From NCBI GenBank assembly GCA_017161665.1, contig JADFCT010000001.1:1-34161 (forward strand): 34,161 nucleotides of DNA. Reading direction: 5' to 3'. Below are positions 16,314 to 25,321 of this stretch, one piece after another (within the stretch, counting starts at the first letter, position 1; every line of letters starts with the position of its first letter). The stretch comes from Candidatus Sumerlaeota bacterium (GTDB lineage Bacteria; Sumerlaeota; Sumerlaeia; JADFCT01). The position numbers and the translations under genes were made by a program. The notes beneath the pieces were generated by a model that worked only from the letters and a program-made list of their open reading frames with translations, did not search any database and was not told the DNA's origin.

Positions 16314-19300
16314 GGCAGAGTATTTCTGCACGTAATGCAGGAAGGCGTCGTGAATGCGGGTTTGGCATTCCTGGATTTGTTTTGTAAAAGACTGGGTGTC
16401 GTGCGTTACGCCCAGGACCCGTCGAGCCAAAGCATTGATTTCGCCCTCATCCTTGGGGAGCGCGTGGGTTTGGCGGTCTTCCATGATTTGCAGAAAGTGT
16501 TCCGTGCGCCGCAGCAGGATGTAGTCCCGGCTCAGGGAGTCCGCCTGTTCGCTGCTCAAATGGCCGGCGGTGGTTAAGGCGCCAATGGCTTTGAGCGTAT
16601 TCCCCTCGATCAGGTTCTCGTCGTCATGAACGTGGGCCAGTTGCATTCCCTGAACCAGAAACTCGATATCCCGAATTCCTCCGGCGCCGTCTTTGATGTT
16701 TCGCAGTCCGGCCTCCCTTCCGGATTCGAAGAGATGTGAGCCGGATTGGCGAGTGACGCGTTGCATGGCCTGCTTGCGGAGTGAGTCGATAGACCATGCG
16801 ATTTTTGAGGCAGGGCGTTGTCGCTTGAAAAGGGAATGCAGACCGCGCATCAACCGAGCGCCGGTGGATGTGGAGCCGGCGATGGGGCGAAGTTTCAGAA
16901 GGGCCTGAATTTCCCACAAGCCAGCCACTGTTTCGTAGTATCGCTGTACCGATTCAACGGATTGGGCCAGCGCGCCACCCCGCCCATAGGGGCGCAGCCG
17001 CAGATCAATGCGATAGATGTGTCCTTCGGTCGTGTGATCCGATAGGTCATGCCGCAATTGTTCAACAGCAGAAACAAAGACTGGATCAAAGGGACCCTCG
17101 TAAACGGCAAGCAAGTCGATATCGGAACTGTAATTGAGTTCGCTTCCGCCGAGTTTTCCAAAGGCGAGGATACAAAATCGATCGGCTATCTCTTGCGCGC
17201 TTTCTGGATGTTCGGAACTAAAGCGATCCAACGTGGCTTGCACCAGTGAATCGGCGAGCACGGACAGATCGGCCGTGATCTGATCCAGGCGCGCGCCCAG
17301 GCAGACGTCGCGTGCGCCAATGCGCAGGAAGTGTCGGCGGCGGAATCGTCGGAGGGCGTCCAGCCACAGTTCGCGGTCGTGAAGGTCCGCCCCAAGGGCG
17401 CGCAACGCCTCGAGTGTCTCGCGCCGAGTCAGTGAACGATTCAGAACGGCTGGCGATGTGGCCCATTCAAAGAAGTCGGGATTGGTAACAAGCGTATTGG
17501 CCAGGAATTGACTGGTGGCGACAATACTCAGGAACACATCGAGCCGTTTCGGTTGAGCCAAGAGCGTTTCAAAATGATGCTTCGCGTCGGGCAGGACGTT
17601 GACGAAGCGTTCCCAGTTGTTCAGGGCCATATCGGGATCGGCCATGTCCTTGAGCATATCACAGGCTAAGACGGCCAGCATGGCGAATCGTTCCGCCTGT
17701 TCGCCCTCTCCTGCCAGTCGGCGCAGGTTGTGCGCGGCGCGGGTTGTATTTTTGAGACCGAGTTTGTGGAGCGCGCTGTGACTCAGCTCTTCGGACGGCA
17801 TAGATGAAAAAATCACGTCCGCCACGTTTCCTGTCACCGGTCCGGGCAGCGAGTCGCGTCCGAAATGCTTTTCCACAAAGGAGCGAACAACAGCGGTGTG
17901 GGTTTCAAAATCGACGTAGAGTTGATGGGCGGCGCGCAGATCCCCTTTGCGCTCATATCCCATTCGACGCGCCAGGTGTCGGAATTCCGTGGAGTCCATG
18001 ACCGGCAAAAACAGGTCTTTCGCGTTACCCCGGAGCATACGCAGGCCATTGATGACATGGCGAAGAAAATAGTAAGCCTTGTCCAGCCGTTCACTTTCTT
18101 CCGGAGACAGCACCTGGACATCCCGAAGGGCTTGCAAAGCCATGTGAATGCGTGGAGTGCGGGGGGATTCGTTTTCACGTCCACACATTACCTGAAGGAT
18201 TTGCACATCATATTCCAGGTCAACCAGCCCGCCGGGAGAGAATTTGACATTGGGCGTAGGGCCGGCCTTTTCCTGATACTGTCGATGGCGCAGTTCGCGC
18301 AACTGCGTCACATCGATGCTGTCCGCCTCGTAAATGAATTCATCACGCAGCCGTTCGAACCGTTGTCCCAGGTTTTTGTCGCCTGCCAGGGCGCGCAAGC
18401 GAACCAGGGCGAGCCGTTCATACGAATGCGCCTCTCCACCGGGTCCAAAGTATCGACAGAAGGCTTCCAAACTGCACGCCAAGGGACCTTTTTTGCCATG
18501 GGGGCGCAGTTGCAGGTCGATTTCAAAAATCCCTTCCCGCTTGGCCTGAATGATTTCGAGGAATTCGCGGGCCATGCGTTCAAAAAACTGGGCATTTTCA
18601 ATTGGATTGGCCCCGTCGGTCCGACCGTTATCACTGTAAACGAAAATCAATTCCAAATCGGAAGCATAGCCCAGCGCAATGCCGCCGAGTTTTCCTAATC
18701 CCAATACGGCGAAAGGGGCCTCAATGCCGCCGATGGTCCGCGGCACGCCGTACTGTTCCTTCAGGTGCGCATAAGCCAGATGGTAGGCGCTTTGGAGGAC
18801 GGTTTCGGCCAGAAAGGTCAGTTTTTCGGCCATGGCGCGCGGCTCATACGTGCCGGTCCCTAGAATGTTTTCCAAATCGATCAGGAATATCTCATGATCT
18901 TTAAAAGTGTTGAGCGCTTTGATTTTATCTTCATAGATCTCAACCAAATCCAATGCGCTCGTGAGGCGCGCGATCAGAGTTTCCGTATGGAAAAACTGTT
19001 CGGCTCGTTCTGCCGGTTCCAGAATGGGCGACAGGGCTTCATACTGGAGTCGGATGAAATCCTCCCATATAAAATCACTGGCGCCCAGAACCCGAGCGAG
19101 ATCATTGAGATTCCGCGTTTGTGAAAAGGATTCGATCCAACGAATGCTTTCGGGCAAACACATTACATCATGGAGCAGTTTATTGAATCGAGTCAGGGCG
19201 CGATAGGGATCGGGCGCTGTCGGGAGAAAGTAGGTGAATTGCTTGGTGAAAAGGACCGACATGCGAATCAGCCGGAGCGATTCTTCATCTTCAATACGAC

Positions 19301-20102
19301 GCCCCGTGGAATCCGTGAAAGCGATTTCATCTGAGATTTCATGATTCCGTGTTTTGATGGATACGCTTTCAATGTTGACCCCGCCGAGAGACAGGGCATT
19401 GGTCAGTGAGTATAAAAAAGCGGGGGTGTCTTGCGAGACAACTTTCAGGTGAGTGAAGGCGTCCGACTCATTGTCAATGGTCAGATTGACGGGATACAGG
19501 ACCGGTGGTGTTTTGTAATAAAGTGATTCCAGCATGGTGGTGACCATGAGGTTGACTTGCTGGCGGGCCTGCTCAAACGCCTCATTTTCCATGAGTCCGA
19601 CAACGTCTTTTGTCTCGCTGATGAGTCGTTCACGCCAGTGATCGAAGTTTTCCGACATCATGATCATCCCGCGGAAATTATCGATGACTTCTCGCCGTCG
19701 GCCTCTGGGTTTCGGACGGGTTATCTGATAGGAGCGGGGCAAATAAAACCGTTTGTGGGTTTTGCTCGTCGCGTCCGGGTCCGAACTGCGGGCGAGCGTA
19801 AAGCAGTCCCCGTTTTGAATATCAAAGCCCATCCCCGTCAGAATCCCGGCGAACATGGAAAAAAGCCCTGGGTAGTCATAGGCCAGGAAGGTGCATTCCA
19901 CCTGACCCTTGTTGCCCTCCGTTATAATGATATTGACCGGCTGTTCATGATTCAGCGTCGCCAATCCACGAAAATGGGCCGCAATGTCTTCATCCGAATA
20001 CTGTTCATTGTATCGCGCGCCGAGGTTTTCCAGCCGAGACGCAATGGTTTCGGGTGGGATATCCGGGCAAAGGATGTGGATTCGTTCCGTCCGTGTCTGC
20101 AT
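16308..20102 (-). CDS. glnE: Glutamine synthetase adenylyltransferase / adenylyl-removing enzyme (GlnE) with an extra N-terminal region containing two ACT-like segments
   Basis: The track ORF is 16308..20315. I prefer ATG 20102, the first start that does not overlap the upstream gene (stop at 20161). There are two GlnE-type nucleotidyltransferase modules. The first is LGLGKLGGIALGYASDLELIFVY ... FEIDLQLRPHGKKGPL. The second is LAFGKLGGSELNYSSDIDLLAVY ... YRIDLRLRPYGRGGAL. Confidence 0.85.
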   Translation of the reverse strand: MQTRTERIHILCPDIPPETIASRLENLGARYNEQYSDEDIAAHFRGLATLNHEQPVNIIITEGNKGQVECTFLAYDYPGLFSMFAGILTGMGFDIQNGDCFTLARSSDPDATSKTHKRFYLPRSYQITRPKPRGRRREVIDNFRGMIMMSENFDHWRERLISETKDVVGLMENEAFEQARQQVNLMVTTMLESLYYKTPPVLYPVNLTIDNESDAFTHLKVVSQDTPAFLYSLTNALSLGGVNIESVSIKTRNHEISDEIAFTDSTGRRIEDEESLRLIRMSVLFTKQFTYFLPTAPDPYRALTRFNKLLHDVMCLPESIRWIESFSQTRNLNDLARVLGASDFIWEDFIRLQYEALSPILEPAERAEQFFHTETLIARLTSALDLVEIYEDKIKALNTFKDHEIFLIDLENILGTGTYEPRAMAEKLTFLAETVLQSAYHLAYAHLKEQYGVPRTIGGIEAPFAVLGLGKLGGIALGYASDLELIFVYSDNGRTDGANPIENAQFFERMAREFLEIIQAKREGIFEIDLQLRPHGKKGPLACSLEAFCRYFGPGGEAHSYERLALVRLRALAGDKNLGQRFERLRDEFIYEADSIDVTQLRELRHRQYQEKAGPTPNVKFSPGGLVDLEYDVQILQVMCGRENESPRTPRIHMALQALRDVQVLSPEESERLDKAYYFLRHVINGLRMLRGNAKDLFLPVMDSTEFRHLARRMGYERKGDLRAAHQLYVDFETHTAVVRSFVEKHFGRDSLPGPVTGNVADVIFSSMPSEELSHSALHKLGLKNTTRAAHNLRRLAGEGEQAERFAMLAVLACDMLKDMADPDMALNNWERFVNVLPDAKHHFETLLAQPKRLDVFLSIVATSQFLANTLVTNPDFFEWATSPAVLNRSLTRRETLEALRALGADLHDRELWLDALRRFRRRHFLRIGARDVCLGARLDQITADLSVLADSLVQATLDRFSSEHPESAQEIADRFCILAFGKLGGSELNYSSDIDLLAVYEGPFDPVFVSAVEQLRHDLSDHTTEGHIYRIDLRLRPYGRGGALAQSVESVQRYYETVAGLWEIQALLKLRPIAGSTSTGARLMRGLHSLFKRQRPASKIAWSIDSLRKQAMQRVTRQSGSHLFESGREAGLRNIKDGAGGIRDIEFLVQGMQLAHVHDDENLIEGNTLKAIGALTTAGHLSSEQADSLSRDYILLRRTEHFLQIMEDRQTHALPKDEGEINALARRVLGVTHDTQSFTKQIQECQTRIHDAFLHYVQKYSAL

Positions 20103-20160
20103 GATGGGTCCCTGATTCGTTGGTGGCAGCGGTTGGCTCAAGGTTTCGACGGGAGTGGTG

Positions 20161-21408
20161 TCAGGATTCTGGGCGCCCGCTGCCATCCGCTGGATTGTTT
20201 TGTTTGAAATCGGGATAGAGTGTTCCCAGGCATTCCGGGCAAATACTGTGGCTGAACTCGGCCTCGGAGTGTTCGCTGATATAATGCTCGATGCGATTCC
20301 AATAGCCCTTGTCATCCCGAATCTTTTTGCATGAGGCGCAGATTGGCAGCAATCCCGTCAGGGTGCGCACTTTGGCCAAAGCCATTTCAAGCGTCTTGTT
20401 CTTTTCCAGAAGCGCGTCGTGTTGATTGATTATTTCCTGCTGCTGTTTGCGGTTTGTTTTTTCGTATCGGCTGGTGGTGAGGGCCGTGAAGGCTAATGCA
20501 AGGGCGATGATGACCGAACACAAGGCCAGGTTGGCGACCAAGGCGCCGAAGATTTCAGCCACTGCATTGTCTTCCGCTTGCTCCACGAGCAGGCGCCATT
20601 GTAGTTCCGGAATGTATCGGGTGTTCAGATGCATCAGACGCCCATTCTTCTTGTACGTACAGGCGTTCAGTTCTCCGGCGAGTATTGAATCGGCCACAGA
20701 GGCCAGGCCGTCCATGTCCCGGATATTAGTGGCGCCATCGGGCATTGAGGCGCTGTGGATCAGGATATTCCCATCCAGATCCACAAAGTAAATGTCGCGA
20801 TGATACTTTTCCCGGTAGTGCTGTATTAAATCCTGCACGGAGTTGGTCAAGAGTCCCACACCGGTGGCGCCCAGGTAGTTTCCGTCGTGACTATAGACCT
20901 TTCGATTGATGAAGATCGTTATTGTGTTGGGATGCGCCGTGTCCTGGTCCACGTTGATTTCATAGTCGTTGGCCATATCTCGCACGCGGAAGTACCATTT
21001 GTCTTGTGGGTCCTCCCGTTGAACGGTTTTGATGACCCCCGTCGGGTGATAGTATTTTCGGGTGGCCTCGGAGACAAAGAAACTGGTGAAGGCCTGGTGT
21101 TCATCCATGACGGATTGCAGGTATTTTGTGATGGCCCGCGTGTCTTGTTCGCCGTCCAGAATCCAGTCGAGAAGGAATGTGTCGCTGGCCATGAACAGAG
21201 AAACCCAGGTGGGGCGGAGCAGATCCCGCTGGATTTCCGAATAGATGTTGTCACTGGTGAGGGGTAACGTCGATTGGTCGATCTGTGACCGGAGGGCGGC
21301 ACGGGACACAAAGAAACTGACGAAACTGGTCGTGATGTATCCAAAGCACAGCAGAATGCTCAACGAAACGAGAAGTCGGCCTTTTTGACTGGAACGGATT
21401 TTTTGCAT
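20161..21408 (-). CDS. Membrane sensor: TM1, periplasmic Cache/PDC-like domain, TM2, short coiled coil, C-terminal Cys/His-rich ~50-aa module; no classical output domain
   Basis: The track ORF is 20161..21480. I prefer ATG 21408, where MQKIRSSQKGRLLVSLSILLCFGYITTSFVSFFV forms TM1. Cache-like strings are FFVSEATRKYYHPTG, DKWYFRVRD, TIFINRKVYSHDGNYLGATGVGL and IYFVDLDGNILIHS. TM2 is IFGALVANLALCSVIIALALAFTAL. The tail reads LLPICASCKKIRDDKGYWNRIEHYISEHSEAEFSHSICPECL. Confidence 0.8.
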   Translation of the reverse strand: MQKIRSSQKGRLLVSLSILLCFGYITTSFVSFFVSRAALRSQIDQSTLPLTSDNIYSEIQRDLLRPTWVSLFMASDTFLLDWILDGEQDTRAITKYLQSVMDEHQAFTSFFVSEATRKYYHPTGVIKTVQREDPQDKWYFRVRDMANDYEINVDQDTAHPNTITIFINRKVYSHDGNYLGATGVGLLTNSVQDLIQHYREKYHRDIYFVDLDGNILIHSASMPDGATNIRDMDGLASVADSILAGELNACTYKKNGRLMHLNTRYIPELQWRLLVEQAEDNAVAEIFGALVANLALCSVIIALALAFTALTTSRYEKTNRKQQQEIINQHDALLEKNKTLEMALAKVRTLTGLLPICASCKKIRDDKGYWNRIEHYISEHSEAEFSHSICPECLGTLYPDFKQNNPADGSGRPES

Positions 21409-21451
21409 TTTTTTCCCTGACAGAAATATGATGCCGCCACAATCAGTCGAA

Positions 21452-22516
21452 TCAGCCGAGATAAGGATAATCCCCGGCAATCAACTGTTCTGATTTGGCG
21501 GCTTGCCAGAATTCGTTGGGAATTGTTGTCTGCGCAAGATTTACATTTTCACGGACACGCTCCGGAGCGCTGGTGTTTAACGCAATGCTGACGACGCCCG
21601 GCGGTGACAAGGCAAACTGAACACAGGCGGCGGCCGGTTGAATGGCGTGCTGTGCGCAAAGCCGATGAAACCGCTCCCGCCATTCGAACATCGGCTGGTC
21701 CGTCGGGGAATGGGGATCAGGAATTCGATAATCGAAGTAGCGCCCCCCCACCAGAAAGCCGGCATGGAAAACGGCGGAATTGATGACAGCCACCCCTCGG
21801 GCTCGCAGTGCCTCCACGAACCGTAAGAGTTCCGGCGGATGGCTATAAATAGTCAGATTGACAGCCAGCATGACCCAGTCAAGGGCCACACAATCCGCAA
21901 TTTGCCGTACAACGCGCCAGTCCTTCGATCCGACACCAATGGCGCGAACATGTCCCTCGGCCTTCAGTTTGCTCAAAGCGCCATAAGCGGCAATTATGTC
22001 CTTAAATCGCGATTTGCGCTCCAGAGCGGTGGGAGCCGCGGCCAGGTATTCGTCCGGGTCATGGACGGAAACGATCTGAGCGGAATAATCCGAACCCAGT
22101 AGCGCATTGCCTTGCCGCCAGGCGGTAAGAATTCCCTCTGCGCTGATGTCCTGGACGGCGTCATGACTCAATCCCACCCAGGCGCCTGGCTCAAAGGTGG
22201 GTTCCGGCCCCTTGAGCGGAACACGTTTCCACCCCAGCTTATTGCTGATTATGACCTGAGCAGGGGGTATCTTGAGTTTTCTCAACCCTTTTCCAATGGT
22301 TTCCAGGGCCAGTCCCGCTCCATATTTTCCGGCCGAGTCCAGAAAAACCGGCACGTCGACATGGGCGAAAAACTCTTGGAGGATTGCGAGTTTCGTCTCA
22401 TCTGGGACAGCCTGATACAAGTTACCCAAGCAGCTGGTCCCAAAAATAATGGGGGGGATGGTCAGCCCGGTTTGCCCCAAAGGCGATCTCGGTATTGACA
22501 TGACGCGTTTCCACAC
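21452..22516 (-). CDS. Aldo/keto reductase family oxidoreductase (substrate unknown)
   Basis: 354-aa ORF starting at GTG 22516; ATG 22501 is also possible. The AKR-type N-terminus is LGQTGLTIPPIIFGTSCLGNLY, and the length and pattern fit an (alpha/beta)8 barrel. Confidence 0.8.
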   Translation of the reverse strand: MWKRVMSIPRSPLGQTGLTIPPIIFGTSCLGNLYQAVPDETKLAILQEFFAHVDVPVFLDSAGKYGAGLALETIGKGLRKLKIPPAQVIISNKLGWKRVPLKGPEPTFEPGAWVGLSHDAVQDISAEGILTAWRQGNALLGSDYSAQIVSVHDPDEYLAAAPTALERKSRFKDIIAAYGALSKLKAEGHVRAIGVGSKDWRVVRQIADCVALDWVMLAVNLTIYSHPPELLRFVEALRARGVAVINSAVFHAGFLVGGRYFDYRIPDPHSPTDQPMFEWRERFHRLCAQHAIQPAAACVQFALSPPGVVSIALNTSAPERVRENVNLAQTTIPNEFWQAAKSEQLIAGDYPYLG

Positions 22517-22637
22517 AAATGGAGTGTTATCGTGTTCGATTGACGATGGACGACTATAATCAGGGCTCTTGGAGGTTGTCTATGTGGAATGTGCCCGCGA
22601 GATGGTTATCCATCCTGGACAAGGCCGGCGGCGGACC

Positions 22638-23171
22638 TCACAAATACTCGCAAAGGGAGCCACTGGTCTGACGGAGGCGCAGGCTGATCAAGCGGGCGAT
22701 CCGCAGGACAAATGCCAGCGCCAGGTGGGGGGATTCGGTTCGAAGGGTGTCGAAATTGTTTCTGCTCAAGGTGAGAATCACGGAATCCTGTTCCGCTCGA
22801 ATCGTTGCGGAGCGGGGCGTGGCGTCGATCAGGCTCATTTCACCAAACGAATACCCGGAAGGAATTGTGGCAATGCGCTTGACCTCGGCACTGGCCGTTT
22901 CTTTCCATACCGACACCTCGCCTTGCGCCACAATGGCCAGATAGGATTCTTTTTCTCCCTCCGCAAAAATCAGCGCCCCTGTGTGGGCTTCCAAGGCATG
23001 AAATTTGTGCGCCAATAAATCGATCCAGCCCGGTTCAAAGTCCCGACAGAGTCGATTATCCTCCAGAAGGAAGCGGATTTCCGGCAAGGATAAGGCAATC
23101 GGACAGGCGCGCCGAAAGGTGGTTTTCGTCTGGTGGGCAGGCAAGGCCCGGTGTATCGCTCGCTTCGTCAT
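22638..23171 (-). CDS. Stand-alone cyclic-nucleotide-binding (CAP/PKA-type effector) domain protein
   Basis: 177-aa ORF with the phosphate-binding cassette FGEMSLIDATPRSATIRA inside a beta-barrel-length segment. No HTH or other output follows. Its ATG overlaps the ribF stop (ATGA at 23168-23171). Confidence 0.82.
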   Translation of the reverse strand: MTKRAIHRALPAHQTKTTFRRACPIALSLPEIRFLLEDNRLCRDFEPGWIDLLAHKFHALEAHTGALIFAEGEKESYLAIVAQGEVSVWKETASAEVKRIATIPSGYSFGEMSLIDATPRSATIRAEQDSVILTLSRNNFDTLRTESPHLALAFVLRIARLISLRLRQTSGSLCEYL

Positions 23172-24184
23172 TCGGCGAGACCCTTGGCGCTGATTATCGA
23201 ATCGGTTCGCGATTGGGAATCGGCGGTGGCATGTTTATATTGTTTCAAGCGCAAGAGTGTTTGGCGCTTATCTTCCTCCATTTGTCCAATCAGTGATTCG
23301 GCGTTTTCAAATTTAAGAATCTCTCGCAAACGACTGATAAAACGGATTCGAAGGGTCTGTCCATAGATGTCTTGGTTGAAGTCGAAGAGATGCGCTTCTA
23401 TCCGATTTTCGCCCACGCCAAAGGTTGGGGCATGACCCACATTGGCCATGCCCTCCCATTCGCGGCCGTCCGGTGTTTGGACGGTGACGGCATACACCCC
23501 GGAGTGGGGGATGCACATCCCGGCCGTGATGGGGATGTTGGCTGTCGGAAAATTCAGCCGGTGTCCGCGCCCATAGCCTTTAACCACTTTGCCCTCCAGC
23601 TCATAAGGGCGCCCCAGCAGTTCCATGGCTTCTTCCACGTTTCCGGCCAGCAGCGCCTGACGAATTCGACTGCTGCTGACGGGATTGTCCTCGTCTCCAT
23701 GGGGATGGAGTTTTTGGACGCGAACCTGACGGGCCCGTCCCACGGCTTCGATGAGTTCCGGCGTGCCCTGTCCGCGTCGACCAAAGGTGAAATCATACCC
23801 GCAAATCACGACCCCGGCGCCGCAGCCGTCGAACAGATACCGTTCGGTGAAGAGTTCGGCATCCATTCCGGCCAGGGTATCATCGAAGTCCAGACAGGCG
23901 ACGGCATCGATTCCCCGTTCATGGAGCAGACTCACCTTGCGCCGCCAATTGGTCAGCATGAGCGGCGCATGGGGAGGGGCCAAAATTGATAGGGGATGCT
24001 GGGCGAAGGTCACCACGACGGAACGGGCATTGAGTTTTTCCGCTTCGCGCACACAGGCTCCGATGACTTGCTGATGGCCGCAATGAAAGCCATCGAAGGT
24101 CCCGATCGTGACCACGGACGGTCGCCCGTCCGGATCCGGTCTGAGTTCGTCCAAATGCCGATAGAGTATTTTTTTTTTCGTCAT
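23168..24184 (-). CDS. ribF: Bifunctional riboflavin kinase / FMN adenylyltransferase
   Basis: The track ORF is 23168..24244. I prefer ATG 24184 (MTKKKILY). The FAD-synthetase N-domain carries VVTIGTFDGFHCGHQ. The riboflavin-kinase C-domain carries GYGRGHRLNFPTANI and RIEAHLFDFNQDIYG. Confidence 0.92.
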   Translation of the reverse strand: MTKKKILYRHLDELRPDPDGRPSVVTIGTFDGFHCGHQQVIGACVREAEKLNARSVVVTFAQHPLSILAPPHAPLMLTNWRRKVSLLHERGIDAVACLDFDDTLAGMDAELFTERYLFDGCGAGVVICGYDFTFGRRGQGTPELIEAVGRARQVRVQKLHPHGDEDNPVSSSRIRQALLAGNVEEAMELLGRPYELEGKVVKGYGRGHRLNFPTANIPITAGMCIPHSGVYAVTVQTPDGREWEGMANVGHAPTFGVGENRIEAHLFDFNQDIYGQTLRIRFISRLREILKFENAESLIGQMEEDKRQTLLRLKQYKHATADSQSRTDSIISAKGLAE

Positions 24185-24258
24185 CCTGAGCGCCTCCTCG
24201 GGGTCATGCTCTTGTTCTTTGGTCGCAGACCCGGCGCAAATCATTCATTCTAAACGGT

Positions 24259-25176
24259 TTACCACTGCAACTCCGGTGTCCGGACGGCTTCCCGGAGTCG
24301 CCCCATCCGCTCAAGGATCTCGGCTTTGGTCAGGTTGGCTGTGCGCCGACAACTGAAATCTTCAACACAGAACGAGGCCATGACGGACCCGGCCAAGACC
24401 CCCCGCCGAAAGGCGTCTTCATCAATTTCACGCGACAGGGAGGTCGCGCCAACGAACCCGCCGGCGAACGTATCACCCGCGCCGGTGGTGTCTTTGACGT
24501 GGGTCAACGGGAGAGCCGGCAGCGCATAAAAGGTCTCGCCGCCAAAGAGCAGAACCCCTCCGGCGCCTTTTTTGATGATGACACGTTCGGGGCCGAGTTT
24601 GAGCAGCTCTGCCGCCGCCCGGGGCAGGGAATTGACATTGCAGAAGTCGCGGGCTTCGTCTTCGTTGATGCAAACCACTGTGGAGCGCCGGAAAACTTTC
24701 TCCAACTCCCTGGGCGCGCAATGGATCCAGAAGTTCATCGTGTCGCACAACACCATGCGCGGATTCCGAGCCTGATCAAGCACTTCCAGTTGGAGGGAGG
24801 GGTGGATATTGCCCAGCAAGACGAAAGGCGTTTCACGCGCCGCTTCCGGGATTGTGGGGTTAAACGTCTCAAAAACATTGAGTTCCGTCGTCAACGTTTG
24901 AGCGACAGATAAATCGCCTTCATAGGAACCGGCCCAGAAAAAAGTCTTACCTGATTCATCGATTTGCAGACCGTCCAGATTGATACCCCGGTCCTTCATC
25001 AGTTCGATATGCTCCGCCGGGAAATCCCCTCCAACGACCCCTACGATTCCGGGCTGGGAAAAATAGGATGCGGAGACCGAAGCATACATGGCGGCTCCAC
25101 CCAATCCCCGTTCGATATGATCATCCGGTGTCTGGACGGTGTCCAGCGCGACGGATCCGACAACGAGTACATTCAT
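24259..25176 (-). CDS. PfkB/ribokinase-family carbohydrate kinase (substrate unknown)
   Basis: The track ORF is 24259..25224. I prefer ATG 25176 (AGGAG 9 nt upstream). Motifs are MNVLVVGSVALDTV, GGAAMYAS and the C-terminal signature DTTGAGDTFAGGF. Confidence 0.88.
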   Translation of the reverse strand: MNVLVVGSVALDTVQTPDDHIERGLGGAAMYASVSASYFSQPGIVGVVGGDFPAEHIELMKDRGINLDGLQIDESGKTFFWAGSYEGDLSVAQTLTTELNVFETFNPTIPEAARETPFVLLGNIHPSLQLEVLDQARNPRMVLCDTMNFWIHCAPRELEKVFRRSTVVCINEDEARDFCNVNSLPRAAAELLKLGPERVIIKKGAGGVLLFGGETFYALPALPLTHVKDTTGAGDTFAGGFVGATSLSREIDEDAFRRGVLAGSVMASFCVEDFSCRRTANLTKAEILERMGRLREAVRTPELQW

Positions 25177-25321
25177 TCTGTTTTTCTCCTGGGCCATCTG
25201 ATGCCTGTGCCCGGTATTGCACAAGGGATGGCGATGATTTTATGCTTGAGATGTTTCAGCCTAACCCTAATTATTGCAGCAATCATGCAGCGCAGGGTTC
25301 TGATGTTCCTTGAGCGGGCGA

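Noticed and set aside
17865-20207. The + strand ORFs 17865..18698 (277 aa) and 19557..20207 (216 aa)
   Set aside because: They are antisense to glnE, whose frame carries two unmistakable GlnE nucleotidyltransferase motifs.
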